Source of the DNA: an uncultured Acidimicrobiia bacterium
GTDB taxonomy: Bacteria; Acidobacteriota; Terriglobia; Versatilivoradales; Versatilivoraceae
DNA length: 64,000 bases
Assembly (NCBI GenBank): GCA_963786955.1
Contig: CAWBAT010000006.1
Span: 960,001-1,024,000, forward strand
Direction: 5' to 3'
Part shown: positions 1 to 11,100 of the stretch, piece after piece
Layout of the letters: each line of letters begins with the position of its first letter
How positions within the stretch are numbered: position 1 is the stretch's first letter
Position numbers and translations under genes: made by a program
Notes under the pieces: generated by a model
What the model saw: only the letters and a program-made list of their open reading frames with translations
Told to the model about the DNA's origin: nothing
Databases searched by the model: none

Positions 1-1
1 A

Positions 2-2815
2 CCAGGGATTACCTACTACTGGAAAGTCATAACCTGGGACAGCTATGACGTACAAGGCGCCGTGTCTAATGCAGCGCTTTTTAGCACAAGTAACGCACTG
101 GAGAATCATGCTCTCCGGTTCAATGAAACAGATACTGATTGGCTTCATTCAGTATTTGTGCGGTACAACAGCAGTCTGGACATCAATGCCGGGAACTCTA
201 CTGGTCTTACCGTGGAGATGTGGGTGAACCGAACCGACATGTTAACGAATGCAGCCGCATATTTTTCTCGATTCGCCGATGGCAATACAGGCTATTGGAT
301 GGGAATCGATAACGCCCAGAAGGTGACAATGGTCATCGGAAATTCTAGACAAGTATACACCCAGACTTCCTCCGTTGATTTGAGTTCCGGAGCCTGGCAT
401 CACTTAGCGTGGGTAATCCAGAAAAGTAATAACCAAGGGAGAATTTTCATCGACGGGGTTGACCGAACCGCTAATCCTGGTGCGACGGTCCCGATGCCAA
501 CCTCCGTCCCTTATTACAACGCCTATATCGGATATAACATTATCGATTCACGTACCCATGCCATGATCGATGAAATAAGGGTATCCAATGCAGCCCGGTA
601 TACCAGCAATTTCAAACCACCTGCAGGACCTTTCATCCCGGATGCCAACACGAAGGGCTTATGGCATCTTGACGAAGGGAGCGGTGAAGTGACATACGAT
701 GCCTCCGGGAACGGGAACACAGGAACATTTATCGGGAATCCGGTGCCAGTCTGGGTAACCGGCTATCCAACTGAATCTACGGGCCCTTCAATTAGCGTGA
801 CTTCTCCGGATGGCGGCGAAATATGGGGAGTGAATTCTACCCAGACAATAACGTGGACTAGCAGCGGCAGCCTGGAAAATGTCAATGTGGAATTCAGCAC
901 AGATGGAGGTCAGGGGTGGACCAAGGTGGCCTCAAACATTTCCAATTCGGGCAGCTACGGATGGACGGTTTCGAATACCCCCTCGACTACCTGCAGAATC
1001 CGCATTACTGATGTTGGCGGAACAGTATCTGATTCCAGTGACGGAAATTTTACCATTACGAACGGTTGCACTTATTCCCTCAGTTCCGCAACCGTCCACT
1101 TTGATGGCTCCGGAGGGACCGGCGATTTGAAAGTGACGTCAGGAAGCAGCTGTAGTTGGACAGCGGTTAGCAACTCTGCTTGGATTTCCCTCACATCGTC
1201 TGGAAGCGGCAGCGGCAACGGGATTGTAAGCTATTCTGTGGATACAAACGGATCCACATCTTTACGCACGGGTACTCTGACTGTCGCAGGTCAAACGTTC
1301 ACGATAATCCAAGCTGGTATTGGGGGCAACACCGCAACCACTCTCTTTGTTCCAGTATTGCTTTCCCTAAGTGGCGCGGGTGGTTCTTTCTATTCTACGG
1401 AACTGACATTCACCAACCGGGGGACCACAACCGCACAAATGGAATTCGAGTATGTCGCAGCCTTCAGCACGGGCAGCGGTACGGCAAGCACAATTCTGCC
1501 TCCAGGCCAGATGATAGTTTCAGACTCCATCTCTTACCTGAAGAGTCTTGGAATTCAAATTCCGGAATCCGGAAATAGGGGTGGCACCTTGCGGGTTAGC
1601 TTCTCGGACCTCAGCTCGCCTTCAGCAGCGAGTATTAATGCGCGGACGACAACACTGGTCAAGAGCAGTGATGGCAATCTGTTGGGACGCGCCGGTCTAG
1701 CTTATCCGGCAATTCCAGTCAGCACCGCTCTAAATGCTCCTGTTTATATTTGCGGATTGCGCCAGAATGCTACCGACCGGTCCAATGTGGCCTTCCAAAA
1801 TATGGGGACTACGGGCGACGGGAATATTACGTTGAGGGCGACCGTCTTCGATGGAAGCAGTTCCTTCTCCAAGGTTTTGCCTTCCATAGTGCTAGAACCA
1901 GGCGCCTTTAATCAGATCGGTGGCGTGTTGGCATCTAATGGTCTATCTTTGACCAACGGCTACGTAAAAGTGGAGCGGACGAACGGTACGGCTTCTTATT
2001 ATGCTTATGGAGTCATCAATGACCAGGCCAATTCCGACGGTTCACTAGTGATCCCCAAATCGGCCAATACGGCACCAGTTGCCGGATTGACCTTGCCAGT
2101 CATCGTCCAGACCAGCACCTTTCTGAGTGAGCTTGTTTTGACCAATTTTTCCAATCAAGCCCGCAACGTTAACTTCACGTTTGTGGCCGACGCCGTTACT
2201 ACAGCGGACAAGACGGCACATTTTACGATTAACCTCCCGGCCGGGCAGCAACAGATTATTCCGGATATTTTCGCCTATATGAGAGATAAATCGGTGGAGG
2301 GCATTGGGCCTGCAGGAACTACTGCGGCCGGAGCTTTGTTTGCCACGGCTGCCGGTGGGGATCTCAGTGGTGTGGTTTTGGGTGCCAGGACCTCAGCTTC
2401 AGGCGACAGTGCGGGGGGACGCTTCGGGCTCTTTTACACCGCCGTTCCTTATGGTCAGGCTTCTATTGACAGCGCATGGGTATTTAGCCTGCAACAGAAT
2501 TCGGAAAACCGAACTAACCTGGCCATTGTGAACACGGGTGAGATTGATACGAGCGATGATATTTTTGCTATCGACCTCTATGATGGCGAGACCAGCACAA
2601 TTGTGAAGACCTTGAATTCCGTAGTCGTGCGGGCTCATGGCTGGATTCAGATCGGGACAATTCTTAATAATGCCTCTGGAGTCCAACACGGTTATGCTGA
2701 AATCCGGCGTACGTCGGGAAACAATCCGTTTATTACCTACGCCGTGATAAACGATGGTGCCAGTCCCGGTCTCCGAACGGGTGATGGCGCCTACATAAGC
2801 AGCACTAGAGAGTAG
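2..2815 (+). CDS. Large secreted/surface protein, 5'-truncated by the window edge: LamG-like jellyroll, Ig-like domain, BACON domain and a duplicated C-terminal beta-domain
   Basis: Frame is open from base 2 (PGITYYWKVITWD...). LamG motifs (TVEMWV, WHHLA, IDEIRVSN), ITWTS..V.VEFSTDGG Ig-like motif and BACON motif (CSWTAVSNSAWI...GNGIVSYSV). Confidence 0.8.
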   Translation, partial: PGITYYWKVITWDSYDVQGAVSNAALFSTSNALENHALRFNETDTDWLHSVFVRYNSSLDINAGNSTGLTVEMWVNRTDMLTNAAAYFSRFADGNTGYWMGIDNAQKVTMVIGNSRQVYTQTSSVDLSSGAWHHLAWVIQKSNNQGRIFIDGVDRTANPGATVPMPTSVPYYNAYIGYNIIDSRTHAMIDEIRVSNAARYTSNFKPPAGPFIPDANTKGLWHLDEGSGEVTYDASGNGNTGTFIGNPVPVWVTGYPTESTGPSISVTSPDGGEIWGVNSTQTITWTSSGSLENVNVEFSTDGGQGWTKVASNISNSGSYGWTVSNTPSTTCRIRITDVGGTVSDSSDGNFTITNGCTYSLSSATVHFDGSGGTGDLKVTSGSSCSWTAVSNSAWISLTSSGSGSGNGIVSYSVDTNGSTSLRTGTLTVAGQTFTIIQAGIGGNTATTLFVPVLLSLSGAGGSFYSTELTFTNRGTTTAQMEFEYVAAFSTGSGTASTILPPGQMIVSDSISYLKSLGIQIPESGNRGGTLRVSFSDLSSPSAASINARTTTLVKSSDGNLLGRAGLAYPAIPVSTALNAPVYICGLRQNATDRSNVAFQNMGTTGDGNITLRATVFDGSSSFSKVLPSIVLEPGAFNQIGGVLASNGLSLTNGYVKVERTNGTASYYAYGVINDQANSDGSLVIPKSANTAPVAGLTLPVIVQTSTFLSELVLTNFSNQARNVNFTFVADAVTTADKTAHFTINLPAGQQQIIPDIFAYMRDKSVEGIGPAGTTAAGALFATAAGGDLSGVVLGARTSASGDSAGGRFGLFYTAVPYGQASIDSAWVFSLQQNSENRTNLAIVNTGEIDTSDDIFAIDLYDGETSTIVKTLNSVVVRAHGWIQIGTILNNASGVQHGYAEIRRTSGNNPFITYAVINDGASPGLRTGDGAYISSTRE

Positions 2816-2927
2816 AAGGGATTCTGCTCAACTGAAATTCCAAAGTCCCGACCATTCTGAGCAGAAAAGGGTGAAGGATAAATTTGACAAGCAATCAAAT
2901 CTTAGCTGGCGCTATAGGGAGGATGTA

Positions 2928-5900
2928 ATGTTGCTAAATCGAATCCGGCACATTCTGGTCAAGCCTTCAACTATATTGACCACCGTCCTGCTCCTGGCCA
3001 CTAATTTGCTTACGCTAGTTCCTCAGTCAACTGATCCAATTCCTGGCTATCTGAGCCAGATCAATCAGAGCAACCTGAGCACTGTGGCGACTAATCTGGT
3101 TAACTTGTATGGCCCTCGCCGGTGGGACTTCTTCAGCCCGTATGTGGGTGGCAATTGTACATTGGGCACAACCGTCTACCCGAAAAACACCATTGAAATG
3201 TCCTCGGACTATGTCAAGGGGCTGTTCCAAGCAATGGGCTACTCAGCGGCATCGATTACCATGGAGGAGGTGCCGAATGGCGATGGGCATAACGTCTATG
3301 TCACTAAGGTCGGTAGCACCTATCCCAACATATACATCGAGTTCGGCGGGCATCTGGACTCGGTATCTGTATCACCTGGCGGCGCCGATAATGCCTCTGG
3401 ATCTACTGCGGTGATTGAACTGGCCCGTGTGCTCAAAGATTACCCCAACCGCTATTCGATGCGCTTCATCTTGTTTGTTGCCGAGGAGGCTGATCCTCGA
3501 TTTGGGACGGTATTTTTTGGGTCGTATATTCATATTCAGCAGGCTCTGGCACGAGGCGAACAAATCAAAGCTGGGCTCGTGATGGACCATATCGGCTGGC
3601 CGGACCCGGGAGATCCAACCGGGTATATGAATGAAGTCTCATATAATGGCACGGAGTCAGAACGTATCGCTGACCTGTTCAACCAAGTCAGGACAGACTA
3701 TGGGATTGTAATTGGTTACGGTAAAGACAATGCCATTCAGAACTCTGACGAGCATTCCTATTGGGACTTAGGACAAACGGCCGTCAGCAGTGGCGGGGGC
3801 TAGTTGTACTACCGTCCCAACTATCACGGATGCGGAGACACAGTTTCGAATATCAATTTCACCAATGTCTTGCGCTCAGCCCAGCTGAATTTGGCGGTAG
3901 GTCTCAAACTTGATGCCGAAGGAGCGGGGCCTTCGATCAGTTCGATCAGTCCGAATAGTGGGCCAACGACGGGAGGTCAGACGGTGACTATTACGGGGAC
4001 CAATCTGAGCGGGACGACAGGGGTAAGCTTTGGGGGGACTGCGGCAACGATCATTGGGACACCATCGGGGACACAAGTGGTGGTGGTGACACCGGCCCAT
4101 GCAGCTGGGTCTGTAAATGTAGTGGCAACGACTCCCGCTGGCAACGCGACTTCGACAGGCGGTTACGCCTACATTGCCAATAACCCGGTTCCTTCGACAA
4201 GTAGCATCATTCCTTCGTCAACATCGGCTGGTGCTGCTCCTTTTGCCCTTGTGGTCAATGGGAGCAACTTTGTCAGTGGTTCTGTTGTGCAATGGGGCGG
4301 GTCGGCTCGCACGACCACGTTTGTTTCGTCGACCCAGCTGTTGGCAGGTATTTTGGCCACAGACATAGGTAGTGCTGGAACTGTACCAGTAGTCGTATTC
4401 AACCCGTCCCCAGGCGGTGGAACTTCAAATACGCAGACCTTCACGATTACATCTGCCGGTAGCAATCCGGTTCCGACCACGACAAGTTTGAGTCCCAGTT
4501 CTGCCGTAGCGGGGGGGCTGGGTTCACGCTGACGGTGAATGGGACCAATTTTGTGGCGGCTTCTGTGGTGCAATGGAACGGATCCGCTCGCACTACATCT
4601 TCTGTTTCGGCCACTCAGCTGACGGCCGCCATTGGGCCGACGGATATAGCCACGGTTGGGACAGTGCCGGTCACCGTGTTCAATCCAACGCCGGGCGGGG
4701 GTACTTCCAATGCCCAGACGTTTACCATTTCCAGTGCTCCGAGCAATTTGGTGGCGGCTTATGGGTTTGAGGAAGGGAGTGGGACCAGCACGGCCGACGC
4801 GTCCGGCAACGGGAATCTCGGAACCATCGCCAACGTCACCTGGAGTTCAGCAGGGCGTTTTGGCAATGCCCTTTCCTTTAATGGGACCAATGCCTGGGTC
4901 ACGGTCAATGATGCCAACTCACTGGATTTGACCAATGGAATGACTCTTCAATCCTGGGTGAATCCTACGGCCTTAAGTGGCGGTTCCAATGCTGGCTGGC
5001 GGACAGTGATTCTCAAGCAGCAGACCAGTGATTTGGTGTATGGATTGTATGCCAATACCGACCAAAACCGGCCGAGTGGGTATATCTACATCGGCGGTGA
5101 ATTGGATACCGTGGGGACCACCCAATTGCCGCTCAACAGTTGGACCCATTTGGCGACGACGTATGATGGCTCGACATTGAGGCTTTTTGTCAATGGAGTC
5201 CAAGTCAGCAGTAGGGCGGTAACAGGCAATATCGCTCAATCAACCAACCCATTGCGTATTGGTGGGAATGCGCTATGGGGCGAATATTTCAGCGGGCTGA
5301 TTGATGAAGTGCGCGTTTACAGTCGGGCTCTCAGCCAGACGGAAATTCAAAACGATAGGGATGCCCCAGTTGGCGGGAGTTCCGGTAATCCGACTCCGAC
5401 GATCACGACCATCAGTCCCAATAGCGGGACGACGGCTGGCGGGCAGAGCTTGACCATTACGGGAACGAATCTCCTCGGGACGTCGGCGGTCACCTTCGGC
5501 GGGACGGCCGCGACAATCAACGGGACGCCGACGTCAACCCAGGTCATGGTGACGACGCCGGCCCACGCTGCTGGAGCCGTGAATGTGGTGGTGACAGCAC
5601 CGACCGGCAGCGCGACTGCGACGAATGGCTACACCTATGTGGCCGGGCCCACGATCACGACCATCAGTCCCAATAGCGGGACAACGGCTGGCGGACAGAG
5701 CGTGACCATTACGGGAACGAATCTCCTCGGGACGTCGGCGGTCACCTTCGGCGGGACGGCCGCGACGATCAACGGGACGCCGACGTCAACCCAGGTCTCG
5801 GTGACGACGCCGGCCCACGCTGCTGGAGCCGTGAATGTGGTGGTGACAGCACCGGGCGGCAGTACGACTGCGACGAATGGCTATACCTATGTGGCCGGGC

Positions 5901-7111
5901 CGACGATCACGACCATCAGTCCCAATAGTGGGACAACGGCTGGCGGACAGAGCGTGACCATTACGGGAACGAATCTCCTCGGGACGACGGCGGTCACCTT
6001 CGGCGGGACGGCCGCGACGATCAACGGGACGCCGACGTCAACCCAGGTCGTGGTGACGACGCCAGCCCACGCTGCTGGAGCCGTGAATGTGGTGGTGACA
6101 GCACCGGGCGGCAGTACGACTGCGACGAATGGCTACACCTATGTGGCCGGACCGACGATCACGACCATCAGTCGTCCCAATAGCGGGACGACGGCTGGCG
6201 GGCAGAGCGTGACCATTACGGGAACGAATCTCCTCGGGACGTCGGCGGTCACCTTCGGCGGGACGGCGGCAACGATCAACGGGACGCCGACGTCAACCCA
6301 GGTCATGGTGACGACGCCGGCCCACGCTGCTGGAGCCGTGAATGTGGTGGTGACAGCACCGGGCGGCAGCACGACTGCGACCAATGGCTACACTTACTTG
6401 ATCTCCACTGGTTCCCCACCAGTGATCAGCTCATTCACTCCGACCAGCGGGACCGTTGGAACGCTGGTAACGCTGACCGGAAGTGGCTTTACAGGGACCA
6501 CCAGCGTGATTTTCAACGCCACATCAGCTCCTAGCTTCACAGTCGGCTCGGACACCCAGATCACAGCCACCGTACCCGCTGGTGCAACTAGCGGCAAGAT
6601 TTCCGTAACTAATGCTGCCGGAACTGGCCAAAGCAGCACGGATTTCAAGATCAACCTGCTCCTGAATGCCAGTTTTGAAATCGATGCTAACGCTGATAGC
6701 AGACCAGATAGCTGGACAAGTAGTAACCGATTTACCCGGAGTAATGCCGTGCCTGCCGTTAATGACAGCTATGTGGGAAGACACTTCGCCACCAACAACG
6801 CCAATTACAACATTACTCAAACTATCAGCAACCTGACGGCGGGAACCATGTACAACTTCACTGGCTCGGTCAACATTCCTGCCACCAGCGATTCCTTCTC
6901 ATTTACATTGGACGTACGCTGGCGCAATGCGAGCAACAATGTCATTAGCACGACCACAATCAAGAGTTACACGGCCTCTACCAACGGCGGATGGGACCAG
7001 GCTTTGGCGAACCTGATCGCGCCGGCAGGGACGACCAATGCCCTCGTTCGCATGGTCGTGACGAGTCTTAATGCAACCATCTATGTCGACGATTTCCTCT
7101 TTGGCCCATAA
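2928..7111 (+). pseudogene. Secreted M28 metallopeptidase fused to IPT/TIG repeats, LamG and a CBM-like domain; interrupted by an in-frame TAG (3801-3803) and a frameshift in a G7 run (4511-4517)
   Basis: M28 motifs GGHLDS, GADNASG, AEE, D-H-I-G and SDEHSY, with PNYH..DT after the TAG. ORFs 2871..3803, 3804..4532 and 4535..7111 join into one protein. RBS GGAGG precedes ATG 2928. Confidence 0.8.
5396..6397 (+). repeat. Four near-identical 252-bp intragenic tandem repeats (84-aa IPT/TIG domains)
   Basis: Units start at 5396, 5648, 5900 and 6152 ([25 protein letters not shown]...). Unit 4 has a 3-nt insertion. Confidence 0.95.
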
Positions 7112-7185
7112 GAGTTAACGAGAATCTTGAATACTCACCCTTGCTTGTTTTCATTGTTGAAAAATGAAGCGAGAAGGTCCATAAA

Positions 7186-8433
7186 ATGGCAAACTTGGTC
7201 AGCGTAATTATTCCGAATTACAACCATGCTGCTTACGTTGGGGATGCCATACGTAGTGTTATCGGTCAAACATACCGGAACTTGGAAATCATTGTTGTAG
7301 ATGATGGCTCGATAGACAACAGCCGGGAACTGATCTCTAAGTTCGGCAGCCGGGTGCGTGCAATCTGGCAGGGAAACCGAGGACTTTCTGCGGCACGCAA
7401 TGTTGGAATCAGGGTCGCCAAGGGTACATATGTCGGGGTGCTGGATGCCGATGATATGTATGAGCCAAATTACCTGAGCACGCTCGTACCTATTCTTGAT
7501 GCAAACCCAGAATCTCAAGCAGTCTATTGCGGTTATCAATTTGTGGATCACCTGAACCGGCCTTTACCCCAGCGGGAAGCCCGCTTGGACCAAAATGGCC
7601 AGCTTTATCAGGCACTCGTTGAAGGAAATTTTCTGGTTCCGGAATCAATGTTAGTACGCAGGCATTGCTACGAAATGGTTGGGCCCTTTGATGAGACTCT
7701 TCGAGCACTTGAGGATTTGGACATGTGGCTCAAAATTTCGAGCCGATTCAATGTATTGAGTTCTACTGAAATCCTCACCCGTCACCGCGTCCTGCCGGAC
7801 AGCATGTCTGCCGACACAAACCGGCAGTTTGAAAATCGACTGGCTGTCATGCGGAAGCATTTTGGATTAGAGCCTCCCCGATACTCTGAGTGGACTGAGA
7901 CTCAAAGGTGGGCTTACGGTCATGCGTATCTAACTTCAACAGTTGAATTTCTTCAGAGTCGCAACCAAGCCCGCGCTTATGATTGCTTGCGTGAGATGGC
8001 AAAGATTTACCCGGAGCTGCTGGTTCGATTCAACACCTATTTTCAGCTAGGCCTCTGTGATCAACCAAAAGGCTATATGGGGGACCTGAAGAACGTCAAC
8101 ACCCAGCGAAATGGTCAAATCCTTTTCGCTCTGCTTGACGATCTATTCGGTGAACCCGACTTGAAACCGAAGCTGAAAGGTTATCGGAGAACAGCTTATG
8201 CGAATGCGTGTTTTGCTTTGGGCACAATAAGCTATGGGGGAAGACGTTTCAGGGATACTAGACGCTTCTTGTTAAGGGCGGTGAGAGAAACTCCGAAGCT
8301 ATTGTTAAATCATACCCTTGTTTTGATGTTCCTGAAGTCGCTTGTAGGTGTGAGGTTCGTTAACTGGCTGAAGCTAAAAAGGCAGCAGGTGATGTCCGGC
8401 CATCTTTTCGCACTTTTCTGCCGGACCGAGTGA
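7186..8433 (+). CDS. Glycosyltransferase family 2
   Basis: VSVIIPNYN, VVDDGS, ARNVG, LDADD and EDLDMW motifs. Confidence 0.93.
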   Translation: MANLVSVIIPNYNHAAYVGDAIRSVIGQTYRNLEIIVVDDGSIDNSRELISKFGSRVRAIWQGNRGLSAARNVGIRVAKGTYVGVLDADDMYEPNYLSTLVPILDANPESQAVYCGYQFVDHLNRPLPQREARLDQNGQLYQALVEGNFLVPESMLVRRHCYEMVGPFDETLRALEDLDMWLKISSRFNVLSSTEILTRHRVLPDSMSADTNRQFENRLAVMRKHFGLEPPRYSEWTETQRWAYGHAYLTSTVEFLQSRNQARAYDCLREMAKIYPELLVRFNTYFQLGLCDQPKGYMGDLKNVNTQRNGQILFALLDDLFGEPDLKPKLKGYRRTAYANACFALGTISYGGRRFRDTRRFLLRAVRETPKLLLNHTLVLMFLKSLVGVRFVNWLKLKRQQVMSGHLFALFCRTE

Positions 8434-9686
8434 TGCGAATCCTATTCCTTACCAATCTCTATCCGCCTCACGATATTGGTGGTTACGAACAATCGTGCCA
8501 GGAGGTGGCAATACGGTTGGAAGAACGTGGTCACGACGTTCGGATTTTGACAAGCCGTTACGGCGTGAAATCGGAAATTGACGGGGTTGAAAATGTCCAC
8601 ACTAGGAGGTCTCTCTATCTCGAAAACGATTTGGACTACTACCGTCCACTGGATTTCTTTTTGAGGCGGTCTGCCAGAGAACACACTAACCTTCAGGAAC
8701 TAAAGCAAACGCTTGAAGAATTTCGTCCTGCCGTGGTCATGGTGTGGGGAATGTGGCAGCTTTCTCACTACCTCCCTTATTGGGCCGAGCACTGGATGCC
8801 AAACCGTGTGGCATATTACATAGGTTCTTACTGGCCGGTGGACGCCGACCCTCATTCTACTTACTGGCATTTACCAGCCAGACAATTTGCGACAGAGCTG
8901 CTCAAGAAGCCGCTACGGTCCGTCGCATTCAACCGATTGCGAAGGGAGGGTTACCCACCTCGACTGCAGTTTGAACACGCTTTGTGTTGCAGCAAGTATG
9001 TGCGGGATATACTCGTGAAGGCTGGCAAACTCCCGAGCAGTTCGGGTGTTTTGTACGGCGGCATCGACCCCAACCCCTTTATGGTCCCTCCAATCAATGG
9101 AAATGAGCTTAAGAAGAGACCATTGCGTTTGCTCTACTTTGGTCGTTTGATTCATGACAAGGGGGTCCACACTGCTATACAGGCGATTGGCCTGTTGAAA
9201 CAGCATAAACTTGCCGATCAGATCGAACTGACAATCTTAGGGAGCGGGCATCCAGAATACGTTGCCCAACTGCGAAATATGGTCGCTGACCTTGACCTTG
9301 CCGATCGGGTTCACTTTATCGATAAGGTATCCCGGAGTGAAGTTCCTGATTGGCTAAGGCGCTTCGATGTATTTCTCTTTACATCCATTTGGCCCGAGCC
9401 ATTTGGCAGAACTATCGTCGAGGCTATGGCTGCCGGCCTGATTGTCATCGGCTCAGATGTTGGGGGTAGCCAGGAAATTTTTCAGGAGGGTTATGACAGC
9501 AAGCTTTTGTTTCAACCTGAAGATTATGAGGCTCTAGCGGATCGCATCACGCAGTTAATCAACGATGCTGAGCGGCGAAATCGTCTGGCGCAGCTTGGGA
9601 GGCAGTTGGTGCTACAGCGGTTTACATTAAGGCACATGGTCGACCAAATTGAATCTCATCTCTTCGAAATTGCCAGTCAGGACTAA
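8430..9686 (+). CDS. Glycosyltransferase family 4
   Basis: GT-B motifs GRLIHDKG and EPFGRTIVEAMAAG; overlaps the GT2 stop codon. Confidence 0.93.
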   Translation: MMRILFLTNLYPPHDIGGYEQSCQEVAIRLEERGHDVRILTSRYGVKSEIDGVENVHTRRSLYLENDLDYYRPLDFFLRRSAREHTNLQELKQTLEEFRPAVVMVWGMWQLSHYLPYWAEHWMPNRVAYYIGSYWPVDADPHSTYWHLPARQFATELLKKPLRSVAFNRLRREGYPPRLQFEHALCCSKYVRDILVKAGKLPSSSGVLYGGIDPNPFMVPPINGNELKKRPLRLLYFGRLIHDKGVHTAIQAIGLLKQHKLADQIELTILGSGHPEYVAQLRNMVADLDLADRVHFIDKVSRSEVPDWLRRFDVFLFTSIWPEPFGRTIVEAMAAGLIVIGSDVGGSQEIFQEGYDSKLLFQPEDYEALADRITQLINDAERRNRLAQLGRQLVLQRFTLRHMVDQIESHLFEIASQD

Positions 9687-9692
9687 ATCCTC

Positions 9693-10982
9693 ATGCGCGT
9701 ACTCTTTATTTCCAACTTTTATCCTCCCTATGGATTGGGCGGATATGAACAGTGGTGCCAGGAAGTAGCAGAGAGGCTCAGTGCGAGGGGCCATGAGATC
9801 CTTGTTCTTACGAGCCGGCATGGTGAACCTCATGTCCCGGAAAGGCCAGGCCTTGCCGTCGCTCGTCAGTTATATTTGGAAATGGAACTGGCCTCCAGCC
9901 AAAACCCGCTTGTATTCTTTGCTCAACGGAAGAAAAGAGAACGTGAGAACCTGGCATGCCTGAGGCGCCAAGTGGCCGAATTTGCACCCGATTCCATCGT
10001 GATTTGGGGAATGTGGAATTTACCGCGGTCGCTAGCGGCCCTGGCTGAAGAATTTTACCCGAATCGGACCGTTTACTACTTTGGCGATTACTGGCCGAAG
10101 CTGCCTAATCAGTGGTGGAATTATTGGCAGACTCCTGCCCGGAGTAGACTCACCTATTTCCCAAAGCGATTGCTTAGGTTGTATGCCGAGAGACTTCTCA
10201 AAACAGAAACCGTCTCAACGCTTTCTTTTCCACATGCGCTCTTCCCAAGTGAATTTCTATATCGTGCCTATCAACAAGCGAAGATCAAGGTGGGCCAGGC
10301 TCATGTCATTCAAGGAGGTGTGGACACCGAACCCTTCCGTCGAACCGCGCTAGATAGACTTCTATCAAAGTCGAGAGATCCCATCCGGTTACTCGTTGCG
10401 GGTCGTCTGGTTGCCGACAAAGGCATTCATACTGCAATTGAAGCGCTTTCTATCCTGACTCGGGAAAACAAAGGACGTCAATTCCATCTCACCATTGCTG
10501 GCACTGGCGACGAATCACATATTACAAGTCTGCATAATCTCGTAAGTAAACTGGAATTGGGCAAGCAGGTCTCTTTCTTAGGTGCAGTCGCGCCTCAGGA
10601 AATGCCCGCCTTATACTGCCGGCACGATCTATTTGTCTTCCCTTCAATCTGGCAAGAGCCCTTTGGTCGTGTTCTTGTTGAAGCGATGTCTGCAAGGCTG
10701 CCTGTCATCGGGACGGCCGTTGGAGGCGCTGGCGAAATCTTGCGGGACGGAGAGACTGGGCTCGCTTTTTCACCGGGCGACTCTCAAGGGCTAGCTGCTC
10801 AAATTACTAGACTAGCTGAGGATAGTAACCTTCGCGATCGATTGGCTAGTCAAGGACAAGCATTTGCTCGGGCCCAGTTCGATATTTCACGGATGGCAGA
10901 GGCAATTGAGCAATATCTCGGACAAGTGGTTTACGAATGTCGAATCCGGGAGAGAACCAACCAACCCCAAGTCGCTTTCTAG
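9693..10982 (+). CDS. Glycosyltransferase family 4 (tandem paralog of 8430..9686)
   Basis: GRLVADKG and EPFGRVLVEAM motifs; N-terminus (YPP..GGYEQ.CQEVA.RL..RGH) is shared with the upstream gene. Confidence 0.93.
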   Translation: MRVLFISNFYPPYGLGGYEQWCQEVAERLSARGHEILVLTSRHGEPHVPERPGLAVARQLYLEMELASSQNPLVFFAQRKKRERENLACLRRQVAEFAPDSIVIWGMWNLPRSLAALAEEFYPNRTVYYFGDYWPKLPNQWWNYWQTPARSRLTYFPKRLLRLYAERLLKTETVSTLSFPHALFPSEFLYRAYQQAKIKVGQAHVIQGGVDTEPFRRTALDRLLSKSRDPIRLLVAGRLVADKGIHTAIEALSILTRENKGRQFHLTIAGTGDESHITSLHNLVSKLELGKQVSFLGAVAPQEMPALYCRHDLFVFPSIWQEPFGRVLVEAMSARLPVIGTAVGGAGEILRDGETGLAFSPGDSQGLAAQITRLAEDSNLRDRLASQGQAFARAQFDISRMAEAIEQYLGQVVYECRIRERTNQPQVAF

Positions 10983-11100
10983 TAATGGCTCGATAACAGA
11001 GCCACCGCCTTGTCGATTAGCCCAACCTCTTTCCTAGTGGAAAATTTGTACAGCAGGGCAGTGTGAAAGTTTGCCACGATTATCAGCATCCCTACAATAG

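Noticed and set aside
3801-3803. TAG recoding (Gln or pyrrolysine), suggested by in-frame TAGs at 3801, ~35650 and ~42312
   Set aside because: Many intact genes end in TAG (2815, 10982, 17567, 21615, 24316, 26076). The other two TAGs lie in obvious gene remnants (CAG to TAG), and no pyl genes are present.
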